Shown: positions 11,982 through 22,889 of the stretch, piece by piece
How the letters are laid out: each line of letters starts with the position of its first letter
How positions within the stretch are numbered: the first letter of the stretch is position 1
Source of the DNA: Nemertoderma westbladi
Taxonomy: Eukaryota; Animalia; Xenacoelomorpha
Direction: 5' to 3'
Length of the DNA stretch: 55,758 nt
Assembly: GCA_032718475.1 (NCBI GenBank)
Contig: JAUCBJ010001900.1
Span: forward strand, 1 to 55,758
Made by a program: the position numbers and the translations under genes
The notes under the pieces: generated by a model
What the model was told of the DNA's origin: nothing
Databases searched by the model: none
Seen by the model: the letters and a program-made list of their open reading frames with translations, nothing else

Positions 11982-13243
11982 TGTGTTTATTATGTATCCT
12001 TGGATACTAGCAGTGCGCTGCTTATTCCCTATGCTATTTAATGGTGCAAGCTTTCTATTGTTCTTTTAACTCACTTCTAATTCTAGCGTGGTTGTTGCCA
12101 TGGTGACATTATGGAAAGCTAGCGGTAGAATTAGGGTAACTCTCATGCATACAGATCTGGGATGCTATTTAATAGTAATTCTTTAATGGTCAATATCCCC
12201 TTTATACATGATTCTATGAATTTTATCGGCTATTGACTATACATTGGAGATTCTCGCACACAAATACACTTACTAGAGTGAATCTCCGCTCCCATGATCT
12301 ATTAATTAATGGAATTTTGGGAATGTTATAAATTGTATAAAATGACAATTTATTAAATTCATTGAAATATCTGAATTTAAATTTATTCCCGTAAATTTTA
12401 TTATTTAATGTTAAGTAGACACAATTTTATTCCAGAACGTGTCTGGGGACTTGGATCCTTGGTTCGAGGAATTTTGTCCTTTTAAGAGTATCGGTAAGTG
12501 CTACGATATCTTAATCGACTAGAATTTTAAAGGATCTGCTATTTGACAGATTTTGTAAATATTAATAATTAATATTTAGGATGGGCACCAGTTTATTCCA
12601 GAACTTGTCTGGGGACGTTAACCACTGATTCTAGAATTTTGTCTTTCAAGTATATCGGTGGGTGCCGCGATATCTTAATCTACTAGAATTACAGATGGTC
12701 AAAGGGTTTAACAGATTTATTTGCGTTGTACGCTACTGTTAAAGGGACATCACGCTACTATATGTATTATTTAATATACGGTATGAGAGCAATATCGCAT
12801 GAAGCAATGTCAGTGTGAAGAGGCAAGTCGTTTCCAAGGTCTACCCAGAGCTTGGTTTAGCCGAGACACGAGGATCTGAACTTTGCATTCCTAATACTCT
12901 GCCTACCAATAATACTTGAATATAGTAGTGGCTTTATTGTACTTTAATAAGTACGGACATTTCATCTTACTGTAGTCATGTATTTATAATGTAATACGGA
13001 CAGTAAGGAAGGAGAAAAAGAATTATTTCTCGCCGTCGCACTAAATATATAATACAAGTAATTACGTAATAAATGCGAATATATTGCACTAATCTACTAA
13101 ATGTTCGCTAAAATAACATGTTACTAAATAAAATTAAATAAAACGATTAAAATAAAATTACATAATAATACATACATAAATATAAAAGAATAAAACAAAT
13201 ACAAATATAAAATAATATGGTCACACACCCACTCCAGCCGTTG

Positions 13244-15517
13244 TTAAGTTGGGGAGTCCCTAGATGTTTGTCGGATTAGGGAGGTGGTCGTGGGAAGAGT
13301 ATCTTGTCTCCCATAGTTTCCGGAGAGTTCTCTGTCTCTTTCCAGTAAACATAAGCGACCAACTGGGCGATTGAGCTGCTGCGTCTCGAAGACAATTCCC
13401 GGTTTCTTGAAGTTACGTCGCATGACGACGAGTTCTACCGATCGCACCAAACCGTCTTCCGAGATGTGAGTCTCGATTATACGACCTGTCTGCCACCGCT
13501 TACGTGGAAGATCTACATCCACAATAAGAACCATGTCTCCAGCGCTGACGTTTTCTTGCTGCGCAAACCACTTAGTTCGAAGTTGTAGCGTGGGCAGATA
13601 ATGTTTTTCGAAATGGTCAGCGAAACGACGGGATAACAACTGCATGAGTTGCCAAGTTTGTCGGCAGTATTCGTCTCCGTCTGTGATTTCCGATTGTGGG
13701 AGCATGGCTACAGGTTTCTTCAGTAGGAAGTGCGCGGGTGTTAGCGCTTCCAGGGAATCGGGACTCGATGAGACTGGCATAAGCGGTCTCTCGTTGAGAT
13801 AGGCGGCGATTTCTTCCATTAACGTCCGCAAAAGTTCGTCGGTGAGATAAGCGCGGCAAGGCACTATAAAATGAAATGCTGTCTTCACACTTCTTATTAA
13901 TCTCTCCCAACTTCCTCCCCACCAAGGGGCGTCGGCGGCGTTGAAGGTCCAACTAGACGCTGTTACTCGTAGTTGGTCGTCCACCTGTCTTTGGTTCCAA
14001 TCTTTGACGTAAGCTTTGATTTCATTGTTGGCACCAATGAAGTTTGTTCCCTTATCAGATCTCATCGTGTTACTAGTGCCAAAGCGAGCGATCTGTCGTC
14101 GTAAGCTTAATAGAAAGCTGTTGGTAGATAAATCGTTCACCATATCGAGATGGATGGCTCTACAAGTCATACAAACAAAGATTACACACCATCTCTTGAC
14201 TATAGTCCTAGCACGATATACTTCAATAGGGCCAAATAAATCCACACCGGTATTAGTAAAGGGTGGTTCATAAAAGCTTACTCGTTCCCTAGGTAATTCT
14301 GCCTCTCGCTGTGTTAAAGGCCTACTGAATGCTTTCCTACAGGGTATACAGTTCCTAAGAACTTGGTTCAGAGCTCTACGGGGTTTATAAAAATAATAGC
14401 GAGTTCGAATTTCGCTAAGAACTCGTTCTCTACCAGCATGATAAAGTTTGCTGTGAACATCTACAATCATCTTGACTTGTATTTCAAGATTTCTAATGAG
14501 TATGGGGAACTTAGTATCAAAGGATAATGGGGCATTCGTTAACCTTCCTCCAACACGTATCAACCCATCTATCATTGTGCTAGAGAAACGATCCCTTAAG
14601 CGCATCTGTGGATTTCTCAACAACAGGAAATACTTATCGGAATCTTCATAGCATTGCAAGAGTCTCAACATCTGCTTGTTGGTTTCTTCATGCTCCTGAT
14701 AACTGATCTTCTCATTCAGAAACTTGTCGGGTAGCTTATATTTGGGAAGATCTTTAATAACATGGACCTGCACTGATGTGATTGGAGCGGTATCACCCTT
14801 TGCGTTCATCCCAGAGTAGTGATGGTGAAAACATCTCTTTAAATATGTAACGGCCTTACAGAGCCGATTCCAGGAACTGTAGTGATGTATCGCTCTCTGC
14901 AGAAGAGGTGAGAGTCCTTGCGAGACGTCTGGTATGCCAGATTTCCACTCCTTATCACGGATTTCCACAACGGGTTTATTTGTGGCTGTGGGTTTCTGAT
15001 CCAAATCGTTTTCTCCGGAAGTATGTAGTACAGACAGATCTACTGTGGGTTTGAATAACTTAGATTTACTCGCCTGAGTTTTAGGTTTGACTTTCTCCGC
15101 TCCCTTGGCCTGTCTAATCTCTGCTGTAGTAAGATGAGGAGGCCATTCTTCTTCTTCTTTGTAGAGGAAGTCGGGTCCACCTAACCAGTCTGGAGTGTCG
15201 ACAAGTTCTTGTGGAGTTGCTCCCCTGGAGGCGATGTCCGCTGGATTAATCGTTCCGGGGCAATGTCTCCATTGATCCATCGTCGTGCGACTGAGTATAA
15301 TAGCTACTCTGTTGGTAATGAAGACGCTGAACTGACAGACTTCATTGGTTATATACTCCAACACGAGTAAAGCGTCGGTCCAATAGACAGTTTTCTCCAG
15401 GGGATAGTCGATCTGTTCTGTTACATTCCGGCCGATGGCTGTAGCATATAGAGCCGCTTTTAACTCCGCTCGAGGAACTTTCAACTTGTTGTTTATCAAT
15501 GCCTTAGAGGTAATGCC
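13244..15517 (-). CDS. BEL pol, distal part: C-terminal RNase H, integrase zinc finger, DDE core and C-terminal domain; in frame with the upstream ORF across one TAA
   Basis: VPRAELKAA, YWTDALLVL, NPADIASRG, H..H..CIPC, TGVDLFGP, SDKGTNF, WERLIRSVK, WQTGRI. Confidence 0.93.
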   Translation of the reverse strand, partial: GITSKALINNKLKVPRAELKAALYATAIGRNVTEQIDYPLEKTVYWTDALLVLEYITNEVCQFSVFITNRVAIILSRTTMDQWRHCPGTINPADIASRGATPQELVDTPDWLGGPDFLYKEEEEWPPHLTTAEIRQAKGAEKVKPKTQASKSKLFKPTVDLSVLHTSGENDLDQKPTATNKPVVEIRDKEWKSGIPDVSQGLSPLLQRAIHHYSSWNRLCKAVTYLKRCFHHHYSGMNAKGDTAPITSVQVHVIKDLPKYKLPDKFLNEKISYQEHEETNKQMLRLLQCYEDSDKYFLLLRNPQMRLRDRFSSTMIDGLIRVGGRLTNAPLSFDTKFPILIRNLEIQVKMIVDVHSKLYHAGRERVLSEIRTRYYFYKPRRALNQVLRNCIPCRKAFSRPLTQREAELPRERVSFYEPPFTNTGVDLFGPIEVYRARTIVKRWCVIFVCMTCRAIHLDMVNDLSTNSFLLSLRRQIARFGTSNTMRSDKGTNFIGANNEIKAYVKDWNQRQVDDQLRVTASSWTFNAADAPWWGGSWERLIRSVKTAFHFIVPCRAYLTDELLRTLMEEIAAYLNERPLMPVSSSPDSLEALTPAHFLLKKPVAMLPQSEITDGDEYCRQTWQLMQLLSRRFADHFEKHYLPTLQLRTKWFAQQENVSAGDMVLIVDVDLPRKRWQTGRIIETHISEDGLVRSVELVVMRRNFKKPGIVFETQQLNRPVGRLCLLERDRELSGNYGRQDTLPTTTSLIRQTSRDSPT

Positions 15518-18500
15518 TTAGGCGACTTTGATTCCGTCCGGAGTTTCCACCCTTAGGTAGGCTACTATACCTATTCCCATATCGCTGGCGTCTCCAAACA
15601 CATGGAGTTGATATGAATACGTAGGGAGAACATGACCAAAATATGAACGGGAAATTATAAAGTTTTTGATGGCTGGTAGAGAATCTTCCCATTTCATCCA
15701 CTTCTTTAATAATTCTCCCTTAAGTGGATCGTCCCATGAGTGGTTTTCAAGCCACATTTGTTGTACTAAACTCCGAGCAATCAATATAACTGGGCTAATA
15801 AATCCCAATGGATCGAAATAAGTGCTCAGGATACTTAAACAAATCCGTTTAGTCCGAACTGGATTATCTCGCTGTTTTAGTTGGAAAAACAGGATATCTC
15901 TTTCGGTGTCCCATTTCAAACCAAGGGTCTTAGTTTCTGGGAGATCATCCTTTATTAGATCTAGGTCTTTTGCTCCTCGATCTTCTACCGGGATCGCCTC
16001 CAGAAACTCACGGGAGTTGCTGGTGAATTTAGTTAATCGAAATCCACCTTGCTTTAAGCATTCTACCGTACCTTTAGCGACCTCAATGGCTTCTTCGACT
16101 GATGGAAGGGACTTTAGATTATCGTCCATGTAGATGTCTCGTTTGATGTTGTCGATCACCTCTTTAGAGAAGGCGTCTCGGTTGTCATTCGCAGTGGTAC
16201 GCACCACGGAACAGGCGTTTGAAGGGCTCGAGATTATCCCAAAAGCTTGGATGGTCATCCAGTACTCCACCGGTTTCTTGTTGAGGTCTCCTTCAGGCCA
16301 CCACAGAAATCGTAGGCTATCTCGATCCCTATCCAGCGCTTTGACTTGTAAGAACATGCCTTCTATATCTGAGGCGAAAGCAATGGAATATTGTCTTAAT
16401 CTTAATAGTATTCCCAACAAGGATTGGAGTAAGTTGGGTCCGGGTAACAATTCAGAATTAAGAGATTGGCCCATATAAAGGGCGGAACCGTCAAACACCA
16501 CTCGTACTTCATGGGGTTTACCGGGTTTGGGAATGTAATGGTGAGTTAAATAATACGTTCTCTCAGTTATAGGTGTTTCTTCCGGTACTAGCTCCGCATA
16601 TCCCTTGCTAATAAACTTCTTCAACTGCGTTTGATACATTTCTTTAGCTGAAGAATTTGCCGTAAGGCGTCGATGTAGTTGAGCAATTCTTTTCTCCGCC
16701 AAAGGTCTGTTGTTAATGAACTTTGGTTCTCGCTTTCGGAAGGGAAGTCCGATCTCATACCTACCTTGATCTTTAAGAAAACGAGTAGTTGTCGCTTGGA
16801 TCTGCTTGGCTCTTTCTTCCTCCACCGATAGGGCCTTATCGTAGGAGTTGGGCTCTACAGCCTCTTGAGTAAAGAATCTTACGGCGTGTTCATCCCGAGT
16901 CTTGGCATTATAACGTTCAATGACGTCATTAAGCTCGTCGTTATAGTCGTCTCGCTCTGATGGGAGAAGGAGTTGACATAAGTTCACTTGATTTTGCCAA
17001 GTCTCGCTTTCCTTAAGGAGATCGATGGCATTCTCCTCATCGAAGAGTTGATGTATATCGTCGTTGTCTGAGGAGTATGGAGTTCCCTCAGTTGGATCGT
17101 CTAACTCACTGTTCTCAACTTCCCATTCTCGCACTTGATATACCTGATCTTTCGGTAATCTTTCCATGAGAGTTCTACGGGAAGGGCCAGTAAAGTACCA
17201 ACCCACTCTAGTTCTTACCGCATAAGGTTGTAATGGTTGCGGTTGAGCGGGCCGTTTCTCCAATGTCTCGAGCGCTTCATGCGCGTTTTGACCGATGAGT
17301 ATTTGCACTCCAGGGTAATCGGTGTCGAATCTAGGTATTTCCATCTGCTGGGCAAAATCGTCCTCGTCCCAGTTATAAGGTTCCACTTGAGTGGTAGCGA
17401 AGTTCTTTATTGCCACCATTTTCACTGACCTTATGCTATGTTCTCCTAATTCGTCCTGGGGGGTGGACAACGCACCTACATAATAATCCGCCGTTACTGT
17501 AGATTTCCAAACCTGCATAATTCCTGACATGTTTAGCTTAGTTCGGAACTTGGGTTGTCCAGCAAATATGTCTTCGGCTAGCTCTTTGTCGATGAATGTT
17601 CCTGTACTACCGGAGTCAAGGAGGGCGTTCACTACATAACTCCTTTTTGGTCCGTGGACCCTTACCTGTACCACAGGAAATTCTCTAATCCCTACATTGG
17701 AAGTTGGCGCTTTCCAAAATGGTTGTCGATCAGAAGTAGTTAGAGTGAGGTCACTTTCTGTATCTTTTTCATAAGTGAGCGCTCGATACACTGCGGTATT
17801 TATCATGTAACAGGATTCGTTTTCGTCGGAGAACTCGTCCGTATAGAATCCTTCCATCTCAGATTGATCAGTGTCGTTCACATCACTGAATTGGACATGT
17901 AGTTCGGAATCACTTACCTGACTCGGACTATTTCGCTCGAATTCAGTGTGCAACAAGATATGATGTTTTGCACCGCACTTTGCACACCTTGTGTCGGAGT
18001 AACAGGTTCGTCGTTGGTGTCCTTGTCTGAGGCAATTATAACACAACCGCTTATCCCACATGACATCACGTCTATCCTTAAAGGATTTCTTCAAGAATTC
18101 ATCACACCCACTCAAGCGATGGGGCCCGTCGCACAATGCACATTTGGGTTTGATGTTACTTACTTTAACCTGTGTTGTGTTGCGCACACTTGTTCTTTCC
18201 TCGGGCTTTCTTCCATGAATTCTCTTAGGAGACGTAGGAGGAGTTGTTACCTGTTCTCTCCTGTCGCTGGTTCGAGACTTAGATTTACTTACGTCTTTCC
18301 TCGATTTATTGACATAATAAGATCCTTCGGTGTTCCCGTCACATAGCGCACATTTCGGTTTGATGTTACTTACCTTACTTTGAGTAACATTGTGTACACT
18401 TGTTTTTTCTTCGGGCTTTCTCACCTGAATTCTCTTAGGAGACGTAGGAGGAGTTTTTCTTACCTGTTCTCTCCTGTCATTGGTTCGAGACTTGAATTTA

Positions 18501-21500
18501 CTTACCTGATCTTTAGGCATTTTATTGACGTAATAAGATCTGTCAGTGTCTTTCCCGCTATCCTCTCCTTGAGAAGTCTGGCTTTCGCCGTCGTCTGTAT
18601 AACACACTGGTGTTACCTTTCTCCTAGAGACGGGTTTTTCACTTACCTTGTTTTCCGGTGTCTTCTCTCTGGACAGTTTTAGGAGCTGTAATTTCACTTC
18701 TCCATCTAGGAATGACATGAGATCAGCCATGGTAGGGTCTCGTCGTTGTTGTTCCATCATATATAACACTTTCTTATCCCAGCGTGTACCTACTCCACCC
18801 TTCGGTAAAGTAGAAGCCACGGCTCCAATAACCATAGAACTCCGATATTCATGAGACTTACCTAACCAATCTAATTGTCTACAGATCTCTTGAATCTCAT
18901 CGGAAAACTCTATTATCCCGCTGCTAATGAACTTTCGGGGCGCTACTAATTTTGCATACAAATATTTAGCTATGTTATTCCTATTACCATACCTGATGTT
19001 TAGTGTATCCCAAACTTGTCTTAATCCGTCTGGATGTCTAATAAACTTTAACGCCATTAACTTGGGAGATCCTTCCAAGCACTCGATGAGGAATCTAAGT
19101 TTCTCTCCATTAGATAGTACAGAGTTCTGTATGTTATCTTTATAATATTCATTAAAAGGTAACCATTTCATCTCATCTCCATTGAACTTGACTATCTCTC
19201 CCACCTTTACCGCTTGCCGGGCTTCGGTTCTAGCCATTTGACGCGTAAAACTTTCTTGGGCCATCGTGTTATTTAATATCGAGTTATCGGTATATAAATT
19301 TCTCGGATTATGATCAGGTCTATAGGGAATGTCATTATCAACAGGTCTATAATTACCCTTAATAGGGTTCACTATAGGAGTTTCTACTTCGCTAGCAGTA
19401 TAGATGCGTGTAGGCTCCACACCTTGCGCATGAGATACTTCAGACCTAACAGGTTGACACATTGTTACAGGGGGTGGTGGTATACCCCTTTGTGTATTTA
19501 CTAATTTATCGCGTTCTAGCGCGATACTTTGCTGCACTTCTTGCAACTCTAACCTACTTTCCCTTACTGTGCCCTTGAATTGCTGAACGGTCTCCTGCAT
19601 CTGTCCGAGCAGGAGATCCATCCCCCGTCGTCCCTCATCCACCCATTCGACCGCCGAAGCGGGATTCGCCAACGTTGTAGCGGGCGGACGAGGGACAACG
19701 GGCGACAAATCATGAATATTTCGCTCGGAGTCCAGGACCTGAACTGTCTCATGGGCTGTTCTACTGGGCACAGGTAGCTTAGTGCTGTGCAGAGGGAATT
19801 TAGAGGTAGGTTCAGGGAGCACAGGTGTCTCTATCACCGAAGGGGTGATTTCAAGAACAGGCCTAATTATTTCAGGCTCATCTACTATAGTAGGGAGTCT
19901 TTCTATTGTAATTATTTGGTCTGTGGGTTCTGTACTACCTGAGTTGGTGTTATTTAGTTGCCTTCTAACAGCTGGAGGCAAATCAGGCAATTTCTGACGG
20001 TGGGATGTTCTTTTACGTCTGCTTAGACGAGATCTATTTCCTTTGCCTTCAGTATCGGTGGTATCGCCTTCCTCAGATGATGTATATCCCTGTCTTTTGG
20101 GAGTAGATCGATTCATCATCTGCATATTACTAGCTGTTAACTGTTTATTTATGCAGTCTTGATTCTCCTGAATATTTTCCAGTTCTAATTGGGCGATCTC
20201 TTCAGCCGCTATCCGTTCTGCTTCTGCCGCTGCCATTGCCGCTTTTCTTTCCATTTCGGCTGCTTTTCTTTTCGCTTCTGCCTCTGCCGCTGCCTCTGCC
20301 GCTTTTCTTTCCATTTCGGCTGCTTTACTTTCCTCTTCGGCTGCTTTCCTTTCCGCTTCGGCAGCTGCTACTGCTGCTTTCTTTCTGTCTTCTATACGTT
20401 TTTTCTTTACTTGTTCTTCTTGGACTCGTGTGATGCGGAGTTGTTCATCAAATTTAGCCTGGTTCGCAGCCCTCATTTCCACATCGATGGCATCCAACAC
20501 ACGCTGAGTTCCTTCACTATTAGGGCTAAGTCCATCTAACCTTCTCCTCAACTCTTCATCACCTAAAAAACGTTGATAGTCTGACAGATAGATGTCAATG
20601 GCATCCCTCTTATGCGGCTTCTCTGCCGTCACTTCACTTTCCACTTGGGAAATAGTAGCGTCTGTTGATTCTCCATGGGTTGAGCGCTCCTCCAGCTGAG
20701 CTTTCAACTGAGCCGTTCCTTGAACCTGGAGACTCACCCGTTGAAACCAAGTCTTTACGGCAACTTGCAACGACGTGTCTTGTCTTCTTTTAGAAGCCTC
20801 CTCAAAGGCCGATAAGATTAGTCTGATTCGCAGAATTCTTTCTCTAACTTGATAAAGCAGTTGTCCCTGCACTTGAGGTCCTTGTGGTTGTTGAAACAGT
20901 TGTCCTTTTACTCGCTCCATAGAGCTGAAGAATCCCTGTGCGTATCCGGCTGCGGACCTCTTCCACACAGCTGGATCGATGGTTTCCTTGGCTACTCCCA
21001 TCCGGTGTATGTCTTCCCAGGCAGCTTCTGATAAATCAAACGGGAGTCCGGGTCCGGGGAAGTTCCATTGCGACTCGACAATAGACTTCAGTTCTTCCCT
21101 CGTGTATCCCGCATAACTATCTTTAGTTGATCGCTGACTTCTCGCCCAATCGATCTGGTGTTCTTCCACCGCGATCAATATCCTAGTGAGTACGGCTGCA
21201 GGAAGGATGAGAAGGGGATCCGAATAAACCGCATCCGTCATCTTTGCTCCGCGCTCGGGTGTCAGCTCTACAGTATCCTCACTACTGGAGCTGTCGGGCC
21301 ACTGAGAAATAAGTTCTTGGCTCGCGGGTTGTTGCTGTTCCGCTGCTTCTTGGTCCCGCTTGACCTGAGCTCGAGTGCCTATGATAGACCTATGGTGTTG
21401 GACCAGCCTAGGTTCTGATATTACTACTGGAGGGTTGACCTTCCTCACAGTGGGAGGTGAACTGAACTTAGGACTAGACGGTTCTACACCTCTATCTGAG

Positions 21501-21556
21501 TCGCAGATAGTTACATCTAATAAACTGTCTGACAGGTTCTGCTTAGTATCAGACAT
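15518..21556 (-). CDS. BEL gag-protease-RT-RNase H (N-terminal part) polyprotein
   Basis: FNGDEMKWLPF gag domain, three zinc knuckles (CALCDGPH..C, CYNCLRQGH..C, CAKCGAKHH..H), protease LLDSGS, RT VRVVFD / SDIEGMF / YMDD, RNase H LHVFGDAS. First ATG at 21556. Confidence 0.95.
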   Translation of the reverse strand: MSDTKQNLSDSLLDVTICDSDRGVEPSSPKFSSPPTVRKVNPPVVISEPRLVQHHRSIIGTRAQVKRDQEAAEQQQPASQELISQWPDSSSSEDTVELTPERGAKMTDAVYSDPLLILPAAVLTRILIAVEEHQIDWARSQRSTKDSYAGYTREELKSIVESQWNFPGPGLPFDLSEAAWEDIHRMGVAKETIDPAVWKRSAAGYAQGFFSSMERVKGQLFQQPQGPQVQGQLLYQVRERILRIRLILSAFEEASKRRQDTSLQVAVKTWFQRVSLQVQGTAQLKAQLEERSTHGESTDATISQVESEVTAEKPHKRDAIDIYLSDYQRFLGDEELRRRLDGLSPNSEGTQRVLDAIDVEMRAANQAKFDEQLRITRVQEEQVKKKRIEDRKKAAVAAAEAERKAAEEESKAAEMERKAAEAAAEAEAKRKAAEMERKAAMAAAEAERIAAEEIAQLELENIQENQDCINKQLTASNMQMMNRSTPKRQGYTSSEEGDTTDTEGKGNRSRLSRRKRTSHRQKLPDLPPAVRRQLNNTNSGSTEPTDQIITIERLPTIVDEPEIIRPVLEITPSVIETPVLPEPTSKFPLHSTKLPVPSRTAHETVQVLDSERNIHDLSPVVPRPPATTLANPASAVEWVDEGRRGMDLLLGQMQETVQQFKGTVRESRLELQEVQQSIALERDKLVNTQRGIPPPPVTMCQPVRSEVSHAQGVEPTRIYTASEVETPIVNPIKGNYRPVDNDIPYRPDHNPRNLYTDNSILNNTMAQESFTRQMARTEARQAVKVGEIVKFNGDEMKWLPFNEYYKDNIQNSVLSNGEKLRFLIECLEGSPKLMALKFIRHPDGLRQVWDTLNIRYGNRNNIAKYLYAKLVAPRKFISSGIIEFSDEIQEICRQLDWLGKSHEYRSSMVIGAVASTLPKGGVGTRWDKKVLYMMEQQRRDPTMADLMSFLDGEVKLQLLKLSREKTPENKVSEKPVSRRKVTPVCYTDDGESQTSQGEDSGKDTDRSYYVNKMPKDQVSKFKSRTNDRREQVRKTPPTSPKRIQVRKPEEKTSVHNVTQSKVSNIKPKCALCDGNTEGSYYVNKSRKDVSKSKSRTSDRREQVTTPPTSPKRIHGRKPEERTSVRNTTQVKVSNIKPKCALCDGPHRLSGCDEFLKKSFKDRRDVMWDKRLCYNCLRQGHQRRTCYSDTRCAKCGAKHHILLHTEFERNSPSQVSDSELHVQFSDVNDTDQSEMEGFYTDEFSDENESCYMINTAVYRALTYEKDTESDLTLTTSDRQPFWKAPTSNVGIREFPVVQVRVHGPKRSYVVNALLDSGSTGTFIDKELAEDIFAGQPKFRTKLNMSGIMQVWKSTVTADYYVGALSTPQDELGEHSIRSVKMVAIKNFATTQVEPYNWDEDDFAQQMEIPRFDTDYPGVQILIGQNAHEALETLEKRPAQPQPLQPYAVRTRVGWYFTGPSRRTLMERLPKDQVYQVREWEVENSELDDPTEGTPYSSDNDDIHQLFDEENAIDLLKESETWQNQVNLCQLLLPSERDDYNDELNDVIERYNAKTRDEHAVRFFTQEAVEPNSYDKALSVEEERAKQIQATTTRFLKDQGRYEIGLPFRKREPKFINNRPLAEKRIAQLHRRLTANSSAKEMYQTQLKKFISKGYAELVPEETPITERTYYLTHHYIPKPGKPHEVRVVFDGSALYMGQSLNSELLPGPNLLQSLLGILLRLRQYSIAFASDIEGMFLQVKALDRDRDSLRFLWWPEGDLNKKPVEYWMTIQAFGIISSPSNACSVVRTTANDNRDAFSKEVIDNIKRDIYMDDNLKSLPSVEEAIEVAKGTVECLKQGGFRLTKFTSNSREFLEAIPVEDRGAKDLDLIKDDLPETKTLGLKWDTERDILFFQLKQRDNPVRTKRICLSILSTYFDPLGFISPVILIARSLVQQMWLENHSWDDPLKGELLKKWMKWEDSLPAIKNFIISRSYFGHVLPTYSYQLHVFGDASDMGIGIVAYLRVETPDGIKVA

Positions 21557-22889
21557 GTTTGTGTGCACAGTTGAATGCCTACTGCTATATTACAGTCTAA
21601 GCAAGTCTAGTAATTCAGTATTAACTGCTAGCCTAGTAATTAATTACCGATACTGCTACTCAGTGTAGCGTGATATATATAATATTAGAATACCGGTATG
21701 CTTATAGTATATATAAGTATTATTAGTAACTAGAATTAATTACAGAATACCTGTATGATTTCAGCCTAAATTTATATATATAATAGGCCTATCGTGAATA
21801 CCGGTATACAGCTTACACTTATAATGTATATATATAAGTATAATTACAGACTAGAATTAATTACAGAATACCGGTATAATTTCAGCCTAAATTTATAGAA
21901 ATAAAGATAATAAGCCTATTGTAAATACCGGTATATCAATTATTTTAGAATAATTGAATTTCTGAATTTTAAGGGTTACTTGGTTACTTTAACCTACTTT
22001 ATTACCGTTATTTAAGCAGTAGTCCAACTGATATTGAGACCTAATTGTTGTATGGCAGGCCTACTATTTATAAATCGTTTGAGTTGATTTATAATATATA
22101 TATACCCGTTTAATGGGTTTTGTCAATGTTTGAAATAATGTTATTATTTCTGGGGGAGTTACTACACATAAGCTGTGCGCTCTCAGTGGAGTGCTACTTG
22201 TTAGACACTAAAACAAATAATTCTAATTTACCTCAGTTACTTAATACTATGAATTACGTACAATTCAGGTTGAGATTACAATCTCTAAATAAACACAAAA
22301 ATTTAATTACAAATACACAAATACGAATTTTTAGGGTAATTTTACAAGAAGTCTACTAACCAGCCTAACAAAGGGTTAGAATATCTGGTTATTACAACAG
22401 ACAGGATACTACGGTATTTGAAAATAATAAGTAGTAGTAAATATACTGCGTTGTCCAGATAGGAAAATACCACCGCCTGATGACCTATAACCGTATCGCT
22501 ATAGGTACTACGTTATGTATCACGGAGTGTTCCTACCTAGAGATTAATTACCGCGGTCTACCAGAACCAACGTGCCTATTAACCACTTTACAACACAAAT
22601 ATACTGCCCACACACTAATCACCTTCGGAAAGCACTGTACACTAAACCCTAAATTAGGTACAAGTACTTGTATAACAAATAATCAGTAGTTAAAAATACT
22701 TGAACAGTTAAAAGAACCACGGTATCTGCCGGAGTGACCAAAGCATAAAATCTCCAGTCTTTACCTACGCCGAGCAGCCCTGATGTAGTACCGGGGTTAG
22801 TTTAACTATAACGGTATGTATAACAAACACAATTACTGTAGGAATAAACTTGGGGATATGAATGTTGCGAATAGTCGCATAAACTCTGA

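Noticed and set aside
13617-21668. Numerous short antisense or alternate-frame ORFs over gag-pol
   Set aside because: Shadow ORFs of the long coding frame with no independent motifs.
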